Source: a phage
Assembly (NCBI GenBank): GCA_027217645.1
Contig: GCA_027217645.1_4344.1
DNA length: 41,360 bases
Reading direction: 5' to 3' (one strand)
In this document: positions 1-7,229 of the stretch, piece after piece
How the letters are laid out: every line of letters starts with the position of its first letter
Numbering within the stretch: position 1 is the first letter of the stretch
Program-made: the position numbers and the translations under genes
Notes under the pieces: model-generated
The model's database searches: none
The model's input: the letters and a program-made list of their open reading frames with translations, nothing else
Told to the model about the DNA's origin: nothing

Positions 1-30
1 AAAAAAAATCCCGGCTGGGTCAGGGCCGGG
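1..30 (-). terminator. Rho-independent terminator closing the minus-strand lysis operon
   Basis: Seen in sequence: CCCGGC/GCCGGG stem (10-15, 25-30) followed on the minus strand by a run of 8 U (plus 1-8), just downstream of the endolysin stop at 97. Confidence 0.55.
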
Positions 31-96
31 ATAAAACTGGAGAGCAGAGGGATGGAACAGGAGGTGATTTAAGTATCGTCGGATTAGTCTCAGGTG

Positions 97-585
97 TCAA
101 CCTTTCACCGCACGCCCGATTGCCTCAGCCTCCTGCCACGGTTTACCGTCGAACAATGCCAGACGTCCTGCGGTACGGCGACGCAGGCCAAGTAACGGTT
201 TGCCGTTCTGGTTGATGAACAGCGCCAGCTTAGCCCGCAGCGTCGTAATATCACCCGAACGCAGCGCCTTACCGGTTCCGGTAGTAGCTGCTATCACACC
301 AGCACCTGCGTTATAGACCAGGTCGCACACAGCGTCGAACTGTGCCTGTGTCAGCGAATGGTGTGCTGCTGCGTCAACAGCAGCTACAGCCTTAGCCATA
401 TCGCGATTCAGTAACAGCAAGCCCTGTCCTGGTGTGATGGTCTTACCTGGTGTTACGTCTGGCCCGTAGTGACCATAACCAATAGTCAGGTACTTCTCGT
501 TCGGCGTAGCGCTATACGCAGTTCCGCGGAATCCCTCGAACGCGGCACAGAAATGCAATCCATTATCTGAAATATTTCGAGACAC
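97..585 (-). CDS. Endolysin, T4-lysozyme-like (glycoside hydrolase family 24) fold
   Basis: ORF track 162 aa; N-terminal FCAAFEGFRGTAY...YLTIGYGHYG pattern typical of phage lysozymes; GTG start with GGAGGA RBS; sits after two small membrane-protein genes. Confidence 0.85.
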   Translation of the reverse strand: MSRNISDNGLHFCAAFEGFRGTAYSATPNEKYLTIGYGHYGPDVTPGKTITPGQGLLLLNRDMAKAVAAVDAAAHHSLTQAQFDAVCDLVYNAGAGVIAATTGTGKALRSGDITTLRAKLALFINQNGKPLLGLRRRTAGRLALFDGKPWQEAEAIGRAVKG

Positions 586-835
586 GCTTATGTCCTCCGT
601 ATGCCAGCCACGCCTGGCGAATCTGGCGCAGCGCGACTAATGTGATTAATGTCTCAGGCAGCGTAGGCGACATGCTGCCCTGTAACAGGTGAATACATCC
701 GGCGGCACAGACGATAGCAGTCAGGATATAGAGAACACGCCCGAACAGCCCGTCGTCCACGCGTTCATTATACACGTTGAACAGGGACGAAGCGCCCATT
801 GCCAGCATTACGACAAACCAGAATAGCTCAGTCAT
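563..835 (-). CDS. Small membrane protein, holin or antiholin candidate
   Basis: Track ORF 563..916 trimmed to the internal ATG at 835 (MTELFWFVVMLAMG...), which has an AGGAGG RBS and overlaps the stop of the upstream gene; two hydrophobic helices; position between holin and endolysin. Confidence 0.45.
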   Translation of the reverse strand: MTELFWFVVMLAMGASSLFNVYNERVDDGLFGRVLYILTAIVCAAGCIHLLQGSMSPTLPETLITLVALRQIRQAWLAYGGHKRVSKYFR

Positions 836-1136
836 GTGGTCCTCCTGGGCGGGCAATATCGCCGCCCGATACGATGCCAGAAAGGCGGGAATAGATAGGC
901 ATCCAGAGAATGGCAATGATGAATCCGAGGCCAGCTATCTCACGCTCACCGGTAATACCGAACCATTGAGCGGCAAGAGGTGCACCGAAAATAGCACACG
1001 CGAAGCCGGTGAGAAGAAATACCAGTCCGTCAATCGGCCCGGATATAGACTTTTTATGTTGCCTTAGTCCGATTACCCCACCAGCTAGTGCGGCGGCGAG
1101 AAGCCACCCCGTCACTGTTTCAGTAAATTTATCCAA
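828..1136 (-). CDS. Holin candidate with three predicted transmembrane helices
   Basis: Track ORF 102 aa; three hydrophobic stretches (WLLAAALAGGVIGL, LVFLLTGFACAIFGAPLAAQWF, IAGLGFIIAILWMPI); TTG start 6 nt after GGAGGA; first gene of the lysis cassette. Confidence 0.5.
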   Translation of the reverse strand: MDKFTETVTGWLLAAALAGGVIGLRQHKKSISGPIDGLVFLLTGFACAIFGAPLAAQWFGITGEREIAGLGFIIAILWMPIYSRLSGIVSGGDIARPGGPHD

Positions 1137-1142
1137 GATGAA

Positions 1143-1180
1143 TCCTCCAGGTGCGTATTAAGTATGCAGTAACTGGAGGA
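1143..1180 (-). promoter_or_regulatory. RNA hairpin that sequesters the holin Shine-Dalgarno sequence
   Basis: Seen in sequence: plus 1143-1150 TCCTCCAG and 1173-1180 CTGGAGGA are perfect inverted repeats; on the minus-strand mRNA the SD (CUGGAGGA, 6 nt before the TTG start at 1136) pairs with an upstream anti-SD across a 22 nt loop. Confidence 0.5.
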
Positions 1181-1211
1181 TACCACGGGTAGGAATTATC
1201 CTAATAGTTGT

Positions 1212-1505
1212 TTATTTATGTCTCCAGATGTATTGGCGTCTCTGCGGTTTCGTCGGAATATCATCGTATCCCAACGATTTCCAGTAATTAAATAGCCGAT
1301 TAGCGATTGCTGCGCGTTCCTGTGTTTTAAACTCACCGAGATTCACAGCCTTCCCGTTATGGAATCCACAGGCGCGGACCGCTTTGCGTCTGGCCTGAAT
1401 CTCGGGGTACAGTGCATTACGGCGGCGCTTGTGTATACGCGTATTCGCTCTCGGCGACAGCGGCGCAAGGCCGCTTCGTTTCAGGATGTCAGTTGCTAAC
1501 GACAT
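1212..1505 (-). CDS. Hypothetical basic protein (weak AP2-like DNA-binding resemblance)
   Basis: Track ORF 97 aa; start overlaps upstream stop (TAATG); segment GFHNGKAVNLGEFKTQERAAIA loosely resembles AP2-type domains; not confirmed. Confidence 0.45.
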   Translation of the reverse strand: MSLATDILKRSGLAPLSPRANTRIHKRRRNALYPEIQARRKAVRACGFHNGKAVNLGEFKTQERAAIANRLFNYWKSLGYDDIPTKPQRRQYIWRHK

Positions 1506-1708
1506 TATTTCTCCTGTTTACCAAGTCGCTTAGGTGAGCAGATAGCGCGTACCTCCGAATCGTTGGGCTTGTCACCCTGAAACAGAAAGTGCGCGTTCTC
1601 TGCGGCGCGTGCCGCTGACTGGCACGCCTCCATCGAATAAAACGTTTCTGATGCCGCTAGTTGCATCTGGCCAGCAGTTAGCACCCAGATAAATAAGATG
1701 CTGGTCAT
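1505..1708 (-). CDS. Small secreted/periplasmic protein with N-terminal signal peptide
   Basis: Track ORF 1505..1732 trimmed to the ATG at 1708, which overlaps the upstream stop as ATGA; N-terminus MTSILFIWVLTAGQMQLAAS looks like a signal peptide. Confidence 0.45.
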   Translation of the reverse strand: MTSILFIWVLTAGQMQLAASETFYSMEACQSAARAAENAHFLFQGDKPNDSEVRAICSPKRLGKQEK

Positions 1709-2253
1709 GTCGTCTCTCCACATCTGCGGCACACAAAATAATCCTCGTCGGCATCAAGAACCCAATCATGATCACATTCCTGAGTATCGTTTTTCGGTTT
1801 ATATTCCTTGTCGTCCCACTCACGTTTACCACATTTAGAGCAAAGCTCGCTACCAGGAACGTTGTTCGGATTGCCTTCGCTGAGAAACAACCCAGGCATA
1901 ATAATCCAAGAGTGCTCGCATTCCTGGGTATCTTCTTTACGGCAACCAGATTGCTCCGGCGGTACAGGCGTCTGGGTGCACCGACAATTTACCGTTGGCC
2001 CGGGCGCATGTTCGCCAACCACGTAGCTCTGGCCCCTAGAAATGTACCCACCCTTACGCACAAGTTTGTAAGCCTCTACATCCCCGGTGGCGGTAGCCAG
2101 CGCCATATGTAACTCCTTAATCTGCACCGAAGCATCACGTAACTGATTCTTAAGTGACTGCACCTCATGAGCCAGGTCTTCGCTCCGGCTGTTATTTACC
2201 TGCTGCCGTAGCTGGTCGATCAGGTACTCGAATATTTCGTTTTTGTTACTCAT
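1705..2253 (-). CDS. Hypothetical protein: N-terminal coiled coil plus two C-terminal Cys/His motifs
   Basis: Track ORF 1705..2274, start placed at the ATG at 2253 (AAAGGGG RBS); C-terminal half contains repeated QECEHSW...CSKCG and QECDHDW...CRRCG motifs suggestive of two zinc-binding knuckles. Confidence 0.55.
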   Translation of the reverse strand: MSNKNEIFEYLIDQLRQQVNNSRSEDLAHEVQSLKNQLRDASVQIKELHMALATATGDVEAYKLVRKGGYISRGQSYVVGEHAPGPTVNCRCTQTPVPPEQSGCRKEDTQECEHSWIIMPGLFLSEGNPNNVPGSELCSKCGKREWDDKEYKPKNDTQECDHDWVLDADEDYFVCRRCGETT

Positions 2254-2383
2254 CAGCTTCACCCCTTTTCTCATCCACCCCGACTAGCAGCGATTTAGTG
2301 TCGCCGTCACACACCGAAGTGCTACTAATTATTTCGTAAGCGTCTACCAGTTCGCCTAAAGTCCAGCTACCGTACCAGCCCAT
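2246..2383 (-). CDS. Small hypothetical protein (45 aa), not in the ORF track
   Basis: Hand translation MGWYGSWTLGELVDAYEII...; ATG preceded by GAGAGGAGA; first ORF downstream of the promoter at 2414-2442; stop overlaps the next start. Confidence 0.3.
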   Translation of the reverse strand: MGWYGSWTLGELVDAYEIISSTSVCDGDTKSLLVGVDEKRGEADE

Positions 2384-2413
2384 CTCTGTCTCTCCTCTCG
2401 TTTGTGTAAATGA

Positions 2414-2442
2414 ATAGTAGCCTATTCTATCTTAGTGTGCAA
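2414..2442 (-). promoter_or_regulatory. Sigma70-like promoter, TTGCAC-N17-TACTAT class
   Basis: Seen in sequence: minus-strand -35 TTGCAC (2437-2442), 17 nt spacer, -10 TACTAT (2414-2419); spacer/-10 contains the palindromic box AATAGTAGCCTATT (2413-2426). Confidence 0.5.
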
Positions 2443-2449
2443 GTAAATT

Positions 2450-2623
2450 TTATTGGTGTGTTATAGAGTCGATGAACGCCAGTAACTCCCTTTCCGCTTC
2501 TGCCTCTCTTTCTTCAAGCGACCAGGTAGCGGATTCCTCTGTCGCCGTTGCTAAATCGGTTTTCGCATCAACCATCGTGTCGATTAACGTGATTAGTCGT
2601 TCAGCCTGTTCTTTAGTAATCAT
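2450..2623 (-). CDS. Small hypothetical acidic protein (57 aa), not in the ORF track
   Basis: Hand translation MITKEQAERLITLIDTMVDAKTDL...; AGGAG RBS 9 nt upstream; same strand as all neighbouring genes, unlike the overlapping plus-strand track ORF 2472..2684. Confidence 0.3.
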   Translation of the reverse strand: MITKEQAERLITLIDTMVDAKTDLATATEESATWSLEEREAEAERELLAFIDSITHQ

Positions 2624-2757
2624 TGTTGCATCTCCTGCAATAGTCGCTTCGATTGTTGCGTTTGATGAAAGTGTCGCCTTTTGACGACACTAAGTTAAAG
2701 TTGTACGCTGCTGTGTAGCAGCGTAAGTCACTCAGTAAAATCCCAAACTATTGAACA

Positions 2758-2958
2758 TCACACTTCTGGCGGCTCGGGTAACGGCATCCAGTGCGTCACG
2801 TACTTATCGTAGTGATTCCAGAAAGGCTTTCTCCCGTCATCAGGAACTATGTAATAATCGTGCTGAACTGCGTTATTTAACGTTTCATACACCAGGAACT
2901 CTTTATCCGTATACCCATTACCCGGCAGCATCTCACTACACTTAATCCACTCACCCAT
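2758..2958 (-). CDS. DUF551-like phage protein
   Basis: Track ORF 66 aa; W...LP...WMPLPEPP pattern recalled as characteristic of the DUF551 family; translationally coupled to the upstream small ORF. Confidence 0.55.
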   Translation of the reverse strand: MGEWIKCSEMLPGNGYTDKEFLVYETLNNAVQHDYYIVPDDGRKPFWNHYDKYVTHWMPLPEPPEV

Positions 2959-3106
2959 ACCTCACACCTCTTTCAATCAAGGATTGCACACCAGCTTTCC
3001 ACGCCCGCCACGCGAGACGCGTCTTAACGTTCAGGTACTCTTTCTTTGAACCCTTGTTAACCGGCAGACCCTCGACCACAGCCCACCGTTCAAATGCTTC
3101 TCTCAT
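2951..3106 (-). CDS. Small hypothetical protein (51 aa), not in the ORF track
   Basis: Hand translation MREAFERWAVVEGLPVNKG...; ATGA overlap with the upstream gene stop (3103-3106) and stop overlapping the DUF551 gene start. Confidence 0.3.
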   Translation of the reverse strand: MREAFERWAVVEGLPVNKGSKKEYLNVKTRLAWRAWKAGVQSLIERGVRYG

Positions 3107-3282
3107 ACCAGAACCTCACATTCATCCCGATACACGAACAATAACGACCCTTTGTACTCAATCATAAAACCATAATGGTTGATGCTGAACGCCGGAAAAA
3201 CATCACCTACCGAGATACCGAAATCTATAAGCCTGCGGTCAGTTATACGGATAAGCCTGCGGTCAGTTATACGGATTCGCAT
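3103..3282 (-). CDS. Hypothetical protein containing an exact 8-residue tandem duplication
   Basis: Track ORF 3103..3291 trimmed to the ATG at 3282 (TAATG overlap with upstream stop); protein repeats IRITDRRL twice, encoded by the 24 bp tandem repeat. Confidence 0.4.
   Translation of the reverse strand: MRIRITDRRLIRITDRRLIDFGISVGDVFPAFSINHYGFMIEYKGSLLFVYRDECEVLV
3227..3274. repeat. Perfect 24 bp tandem duplication (2 copies)
   Basis: Seen in sequence: ATAAGCCTGCGGTCAGTTATACGG at 3227-3250 and again at 3251-3274. Confidence 0.9.
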
Positions 3283-3485
3283 TAACGGCAACCTCCCTCA
3301 GCGTCGTCGGCACAAGCATCATGATTCGATGCCGTTCGTATTGCTCGTAAGCTATTTAACATTCGCTCGCTGGTAGATGTAATAACCGTTATACCGTCCG
3401 CCAGATGCACCTCGTAGCGTTCAGCTACGAAATATATTTCCTCGAAATCATGATGTTTCAGTTCTTCAAATAATTCTTCCATCAC
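3282..3485 (-). CDS. Hypothetical acidic protein
   Basis: Track ORF 67 aa; overlaps neighbours at both ends in a chain of coupled small early genes. Confidence 0.45.
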   Translation of the reverse strand: MMEELFEELKHHDFEEIYFVAERYEVHLADGITVITSTSERMLNSLRAIRTASNHDACADDAEGGCR

Positions 3486-3679
3486 TTCACCCTCCCCCCT
3501 TTAAATTTAAAATTGTTGCCGATGAGTTTTAAGTTCTCCTCCGCTACGTATATTTGTGAATTTACTCCTCTCACATTTTGCACGGTAACTACGTACTTTC
3601 CTGGAAATAAAGCAGATTTTAATTCAATTATGCCGTGTTTATCGTCGGAGTATTTAACCAACTGACCACGTTTAAACAT
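3482..3679 (-). CDS. Hypothetical protein, first gene of the leftward early operon
   Basis: Track ORF 3482..3688 with start moved to the ATG at 3679 (GAGTGAGGG RBS); about 35 nt downstream of the promoter at 3714-3742. Confidence 0.5.
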   Translation of the reverse strand: MFKRGQLVKYSDDKHGIIELKSALFPGKYVVTVQNVRGVNSQIYVAEENLKLIGNNFKFKGGRVK

Positions 3680-3713
3680 AACCCTCACTCCTCTGTCTCG
3701 TTTCGATAAGTGA

Positions 3714-3742
3714 ATAGTACCCTATTATGTTGGGGTGTGCAA
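3714..3742 (-). promoter_or_regulatory. Sigma70-like promoter, TTGCAC-N17-TACTAT class, for the leftward early operon
   Basis: Seen in sequence: minus-strand -35 TTGCAC (3737-3742), 17 nt spacer, -10 TACTAT (3714-3719); contains box AATAGTACCCTATT (3713-3726); near-identical to the promoter at 25940-25968. Confidence 0.55.
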
Positions 3743-3961
3743 GAGATTAGTTACGTTGCCGTTGTGATTCTTTAGTTTAATGGGATAGCGAGCGAAACGA
3801 AACGAACGTGGTGCCGAAGGCACCAAGAGTGAGTGAGTGAGCTTGCGGATATAACCTACGGCAAATCAGTAACTTAGATATTTAGGCTGGAATTACAATA
3901 GACTTTGGGCCTCCCAAACGCGCTAGCGAGCCTCACTCCACACGCTACACGTGCTCGTTTC

Positions 3962-4042
3962 GCCTGCCGCGCGCCGCGGTCGCTTGTTCATACTTCACAA
4001 GCTCAGGCTGAGCTTACCATATTTCTTAGTAAAAGTCAATAC
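3962..4042 (+). repeat. Copy A of an ~80 bp dispersed non-coding element (copy B at 34562-34643)
   Basis: Seen in sequence: 38 bp identical core CGCGCCGCGGTCGCTTGTTCATACTTCACAAGCTCAGG (3970-4007 and 34569-34606) with diverged flanks; contains hairpin GCTTGT-N9-ACAAGC. Confidence 0.8.
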
Positions 4043-4086
4043 CAGTAGCATCTTTTGCATCTTAGTAACTTTGTGTGGTGTTTTGG

Positions 4087-4115
4087 TTGCTTTTACATTC
4101 CCGCTATCCTATACT
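4087..4115 (+). promoter_or_regulatory. Candidate sigma70-like promoter for the rightward operon
   Basis: Seen in sequence: TTGCTT (4087-4092), 17 nt spacer, TATACT (4110-4115), about 30 nt upstream of the ATG at 4147. Confidence 0.4.
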
Positions 4116-4146
4116 TGGCTTCACCAAACAAACAGGAGATTTAAAA

Positions 4147-4329
4147 ATGCAACATTACATGACCCAGAATGAAGTAGCCGAGCGTATCGGGGTGACACGT
4201 CAGACAATTAATAACTGGTTGCGCAGTGGTAAATTCCCGGATTGTTGTATTAAGGTTATGGGCCGCCGTTTGCCTGGAACATTTGACCGTAATAAAGTTG
4301 AAGAGTGGATTAAGGAGAACGTGAAATGA
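4147..4329 (+). CDS. AlpA/excisionase-like helix-turn-helix DNA-binding protein
   Basis: Track ORF 4075..4329 with start at the ATG at 4147 (AGGAG RBS); MTQNEVAERIGVTRQTINNWLRSGKFP matches the AlpA-family HTH pattern. Confidence 0.6.
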   Translation: MQHYMTQNEVAERIGVTRQTINNWLRSGKFPDCCIKVMGRRLPGTFDRNKVEEWIKENVK

Positions 4330-4559
4330 TTGGGCGTATGGGTTGTTACTTCCGTGAAGACGGCAGCATTAAATATTATTTCAAGATTGCGTCAAATATA
4401 ACCGACGATGGGTGTTATGTAGAACTTTTCCCTTATAACTTTTGTGGACCCACTAAAATAGTTAAATTCTCTATAGAGGATATTCTTGATTGCAGTTTCT
4501 ACCAGAGCGAAGGAGAGTGGATTAATGCAGCACGTAGGCAAAAGAAACCCCAACGTTAG
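4326..4559 (+). CDS. Hypothetical protein, visibly AT-richer than neighbours
   Basis: Track ORF 77 aa; ATGA overlap with the upstream gene; no recognisable motif. Confidence 0.4.
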   Translation: MIGRMGCYFREDGSIKYYFKIASNITDDGCYVELFPYNFCGPTKIVKFSIEDILDCSFYQSEGEWINAARRQKKPQR

Positions 4560-4609
4560 GACGTCGGGGCTAAAGTACAAATCATCAAAGTAAGCACAAG
4601 GATTATACA

Positions 4610-4738
4610 ATGACGAAGTTAATAGTTCCACAGCTACGCCGCCAGAAACACGGCGCTGATTTCTTCGCACCGGTAAAGATGAACCGCGCAATGCGCCGTA
4701 TGCAGGAAGCCTTAGAACGTGCGGAGAAAAAGAAATGA
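4610..4738 (+). CDS. Small basic hypothetical protein (42 aa), not in the ORF track
   Basis: Hand translation MTKLIVPQLRRQKHGADFFAPVK...; AAGGA RBS; stop overlaps the primase/helicase ATG at 4735 as ATGA. Confidence 0.35.
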   Translation: MTKLIVPQLRRQKHGADFFAPVKMNRAMRRMQEALERAEKKK

Positions 4739-6996
4739 ATATTGTTTTTGCAACGCTGCGTAACACATTCGATAAAAACCCGGTAGCCCGTGAAATGCCA
4801 CTGGAGCAGTTTGTAGAGTATGTCTGCGATACATCGAAGCGTCTGTCCGTAGACCCGTCATGGACTAAGGAAGAGTACGACGCCGCCAAGATTAAGCAGA
4901 AGGCTATCGCACCGGTTGGCGGTCGCCGTAAAAACGCGATTCTGGAAGACAGTGTGGTTAAGTTCGACTTTGACCATCTCAACCGCACTCAGTACCGCGA
5001 CCTGACGCGCAAATTCAAGAACGCGCCGTTCTTCAACATTCTGCACACAACGGCGTCGCACCAGCACGCGTGTAAAAACGGGGATTACGCATTCCGCGTT
5101 CTGGTTCCGGCTCGCACGCCGTTTAACTCTAACGATGCGTGGATGGTGCAACGTGCTATTTGTGCAGAGTTAGAAATAGACGAAGCATTGCGCGACCACT
5201 GCACAGAAGACGGCAACCGCCTTATCTACCTGCCGCATAAAGAGTCGAAGATAACGGTTACAGAAGGGCGTGTTATCCGTGCCGAGCGGTACATCAAGAA
5301 AGCCGAAGAGATGGGGTTGCGTAAACGTGAAGCTAAGACGCTTGCTGCCGATGAGCACGGGCTTAACGCAGATATAGCGCATTTCTGCGAAGCGGAGCTT
5401 GGCCTTGACGCGTTATCTTCCGGGCGTGGGTATGAAGTGCCATGCCCCAACGAGCATCTGCACACGGGCAAAGGCTCCACCAGCATCATGCTTGATGGTA
5501 AAGAAGTGCGCTTCGTGTGCCAGCATACGAACAACGGCGCTTGTACGGAGCTTAACCGCCGGCAACATTTGGCCCTGCGTATGTGCGGCCTTCCGGACGA
5601 GCTTAATGTAGACAAGCAACCTATCAGTATTAACAGCATTCGCGCGGCTCTTCCTGATTTACCGGACGAAGAGATTGAGGAATTGCACCGCACAGAGAAC
5701 GAGGAGTCTGTAACTTGCACGCTGGAAGACCTTGAAGACGAGCCGGAATTTGAAAAAGAACCTGCTTACTCCGTCGTAGACGGCCTTATGCAGACTAACG
5801 AATCATTCTACATTTGCGCAAAATCGCATACCGGTAAGTCAACATTTAGTATGGCGATTGACGCCGCTATAGCCGCTGAAAAAAGATATGCGTTCGGCGG
5901 GGCAGAGGTCGCAGAAGGGCATGCATTTATTTTCGCGGGTGAAGGTGCGCAGTCATTCGAGCGGCATAAAAAGTCTTTGCAAATCGCCCTCGGTGACAGC
6001 CTTGACCGCTTGCACATTATCGATTGTGTTGCGGATGGGTGTAACTTACTCGATGAGGCGTGGCGTCGCCAGGCGGTGAGAATGATGCGCCGTGTTGCCG
6101 GTGAAGAGAAAATTGTAAAGGTTACGTTTGATACCCTGCAAACTTGCATACCAGGCTTCGACGAGAACGACAACAGATCGATGAAAGAAGCGACGCAGGC
6201 GCTTAACGAAATAGCTTTGACGCTTAACGCCGCGGTAGGCGCTATGGTGCACCCTACGAAAAACATCGACGAAACCGTACCGTCTGAGAACGGTATGATG
6301 CCGAAGGGTGGGAGCGACTTTCACAACTCCATCGATAACGGGATGTTCCTGCATAAACCAGACAACGACAATAACTTAGAGATAAACCTGTATCACATAA
6401 AGAACCGAAACGGAGAACGGCAGAAAGCCAGAGGATTCGTAATACAGAAGATTCAGATAGCGGAGCCACCGGAAAAGAAAGAACCAACCCACAACTTCAT
6501 GGGGCTTCCAGAAGGGTATAGTAGTGATGATGTCCGCGATTTTGATGCAGGAAATCCGCACATCGATGTCTTTGTTAACTTTAACGCCTTCTCTGTCTTC
6601 GTGAAGAAAGTAGAAGGTATGACCGACGAACAGAAGGAAGCCGTTAAAGAAAAGGTAGGCCAGTTCGAGAAACTGGACACCAAAGAGGCTACGGTTATTT
6701 ACGCATTAGGTAAATTGCAGGAGCAGGGCGACGACAAGCGAGGGTTTTCTATGTCAGCTATCGTCAAAGCAGCGAAAGAAGATAGTTACGGTGTACCGAT
6801 TAACGCTAATAATGACCTTCGAAAAAAACTGGAAGAGATGCACGAGGCGGGGGTTATCGTCTCTGGGCTGGATAACAACAACAGGCCTATCCCTAAGCAA
6901 TACCGGTTGCCGTGGGGCATAAACGATAACAAGATTCCGAAGACGATATACGAACCGAATGAACTGTTAACAGTGGCAGAGGAGGATTTAGAATAG
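4735..6996 (+). CDS. DNA primase/helicase-like replication protein (zinc-binding motif plus P-loop ATPase domain)
   Basis: Track ORF 753 aa; Cys/His cluster CPNEHLHTGKG...RFVCQHTNNGAC; Walker A-like AKSHTGKST; domain family not resolved. Confidence 0.65.
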   Translation: MNIVFATLRNTFDKNPVAREMPLEQFVEYVCDTSKRLSVDPSWTKEEYDAAKIKQKAIAPVGGRRKNAILEDSVVKFDFDHLNRTQYRDLTRKFKNAPFFNILHTTASHQHACKNGDYAFRVLVPARTPFNSNDAWMVQRAICAELEIDEALRDHCTEDGNRLIYLPHKESKITVTEGRVIRAERYIKKAEEMGLRKREAKTLAADEHGLNADIAHFCEAELGLDALSSGRGYEVPCPNEHLHTGKGSTSIMLDGKEVRFVCQHTNNGACTELNRRQHLALRMCGLPDELNVDKQPISINSIRAALPDLPDEEIEELHRTENEESVTCTLEDLEDEPEFEKEPAYSVVDGLMQTNESFYICAKSHTGKSTFSMAIDAAIAAEKRYAFGGAEVAEGHAFIFAGEGAQSFERHKKSLQIALGDSLDRLHIIDCVADGCNLLDEAWRRQAVRMMRRVAGEEKIVKVTFDTLQTCIPGFDENDNRSMKEATQALNEIALTLNAAVGAMVHPTKNIDETVPSENGMMPKGGSDFHNSIDNGMFLHKPDNDNNLEINLYHIKNRNGERQKARGFVIQKIQIAEPPEKKEPTHNFMGLPEGYSSDDVRDFDAGNPHIDVFVNFNAFSVFVKKVEGMTDEQKEAVKEKVGQFEKLDTKEATVIYALGKLQEQGDDKRGFSMSAIVKAAKEDSYGVPINANNDLRKKLEEMHEAGVIVSGLDNNNRPIPKQYRLPWGINDNKIPKTIYEPNELLTVAEEDLE

Positions 6997-7024
6997 GCAA
7001 AAAGAAAGGGGCGTTAAGCCCCTT
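6996..7024 (-). terminator. Rho-independent terminator for the XRE regulator gene
   Basis: Seen in sequence: AAGGGGC/GCCCCTT stem (7006-7012, 7018-7024) followed on the minus strand by UCUUUUUG; the hairpin overlaps the regulator stop codon. Confidence 0.55.
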
Positions 7025-7229
7025 CACCGAACACCAGCCACTTGGCGTCTACCTCTAGCACTTCCGCCAGTTTAAACAGCGTTGCTGGGCGGACGTACCG
7101 CGTTACCCCGAGTGCAAGCTGGTTAATCGCGCCCTGGGAAACACCGGACAGGACAGCCAGACGGCGTTGGGAAATGCCGAGTTCTTTACGGCGCTGTTCT
7201 ACACGGATGCCTAGTTCAGATGGTTGCAT
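7014..7229 (-). CDS. XRE-family (Cro/CI-type) helix-turn-helix transcriptional regulator
   Basis: Track ORF 71 aa; LGISQRRLAVLSGVSQGAINQL is a textbook XRE HTH; AAGGAG RBS; transcribed divergently from the promoter region carrying two palindromic boxes. Confidence 0.75.
   Translation of the reverse strand: MQPSELGIRVEQRRKELGISQRRLAVLSGVSQGAINQLALGVTRYVRPATLFKLAEVLEVDAKWLVFGEGA

Noticed and set aside
2472-2684. Plus-strand track ORF (70 aa, Ser/Ala-rich)
   Set aside because: Lies antisense to a minus-strand operon in which every convincing gene is on the other strand; low-complexity translation; a minus-strand ORF with an RBS (2450-2623) accounts for the same DNA better.
4392-4988. Minus-strand track ORF (198 aa) overlapping the start of the primase/helicase gene
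   Set aside because: Antisense to a well-supported plus-strand gene and coupled upstream ORFs; Arg/Ser/Leu-rich composition typical of a non-coding frame; no RBS noticed.
5226-6487. Several minus-strand track ORFs (up to 164 aa) inside the primase/helicase gene
   Set aside because: All antisense to a 753 aa gene with recognisable motifs; Ser/Arg/Cys-rich translations with no domain signature.
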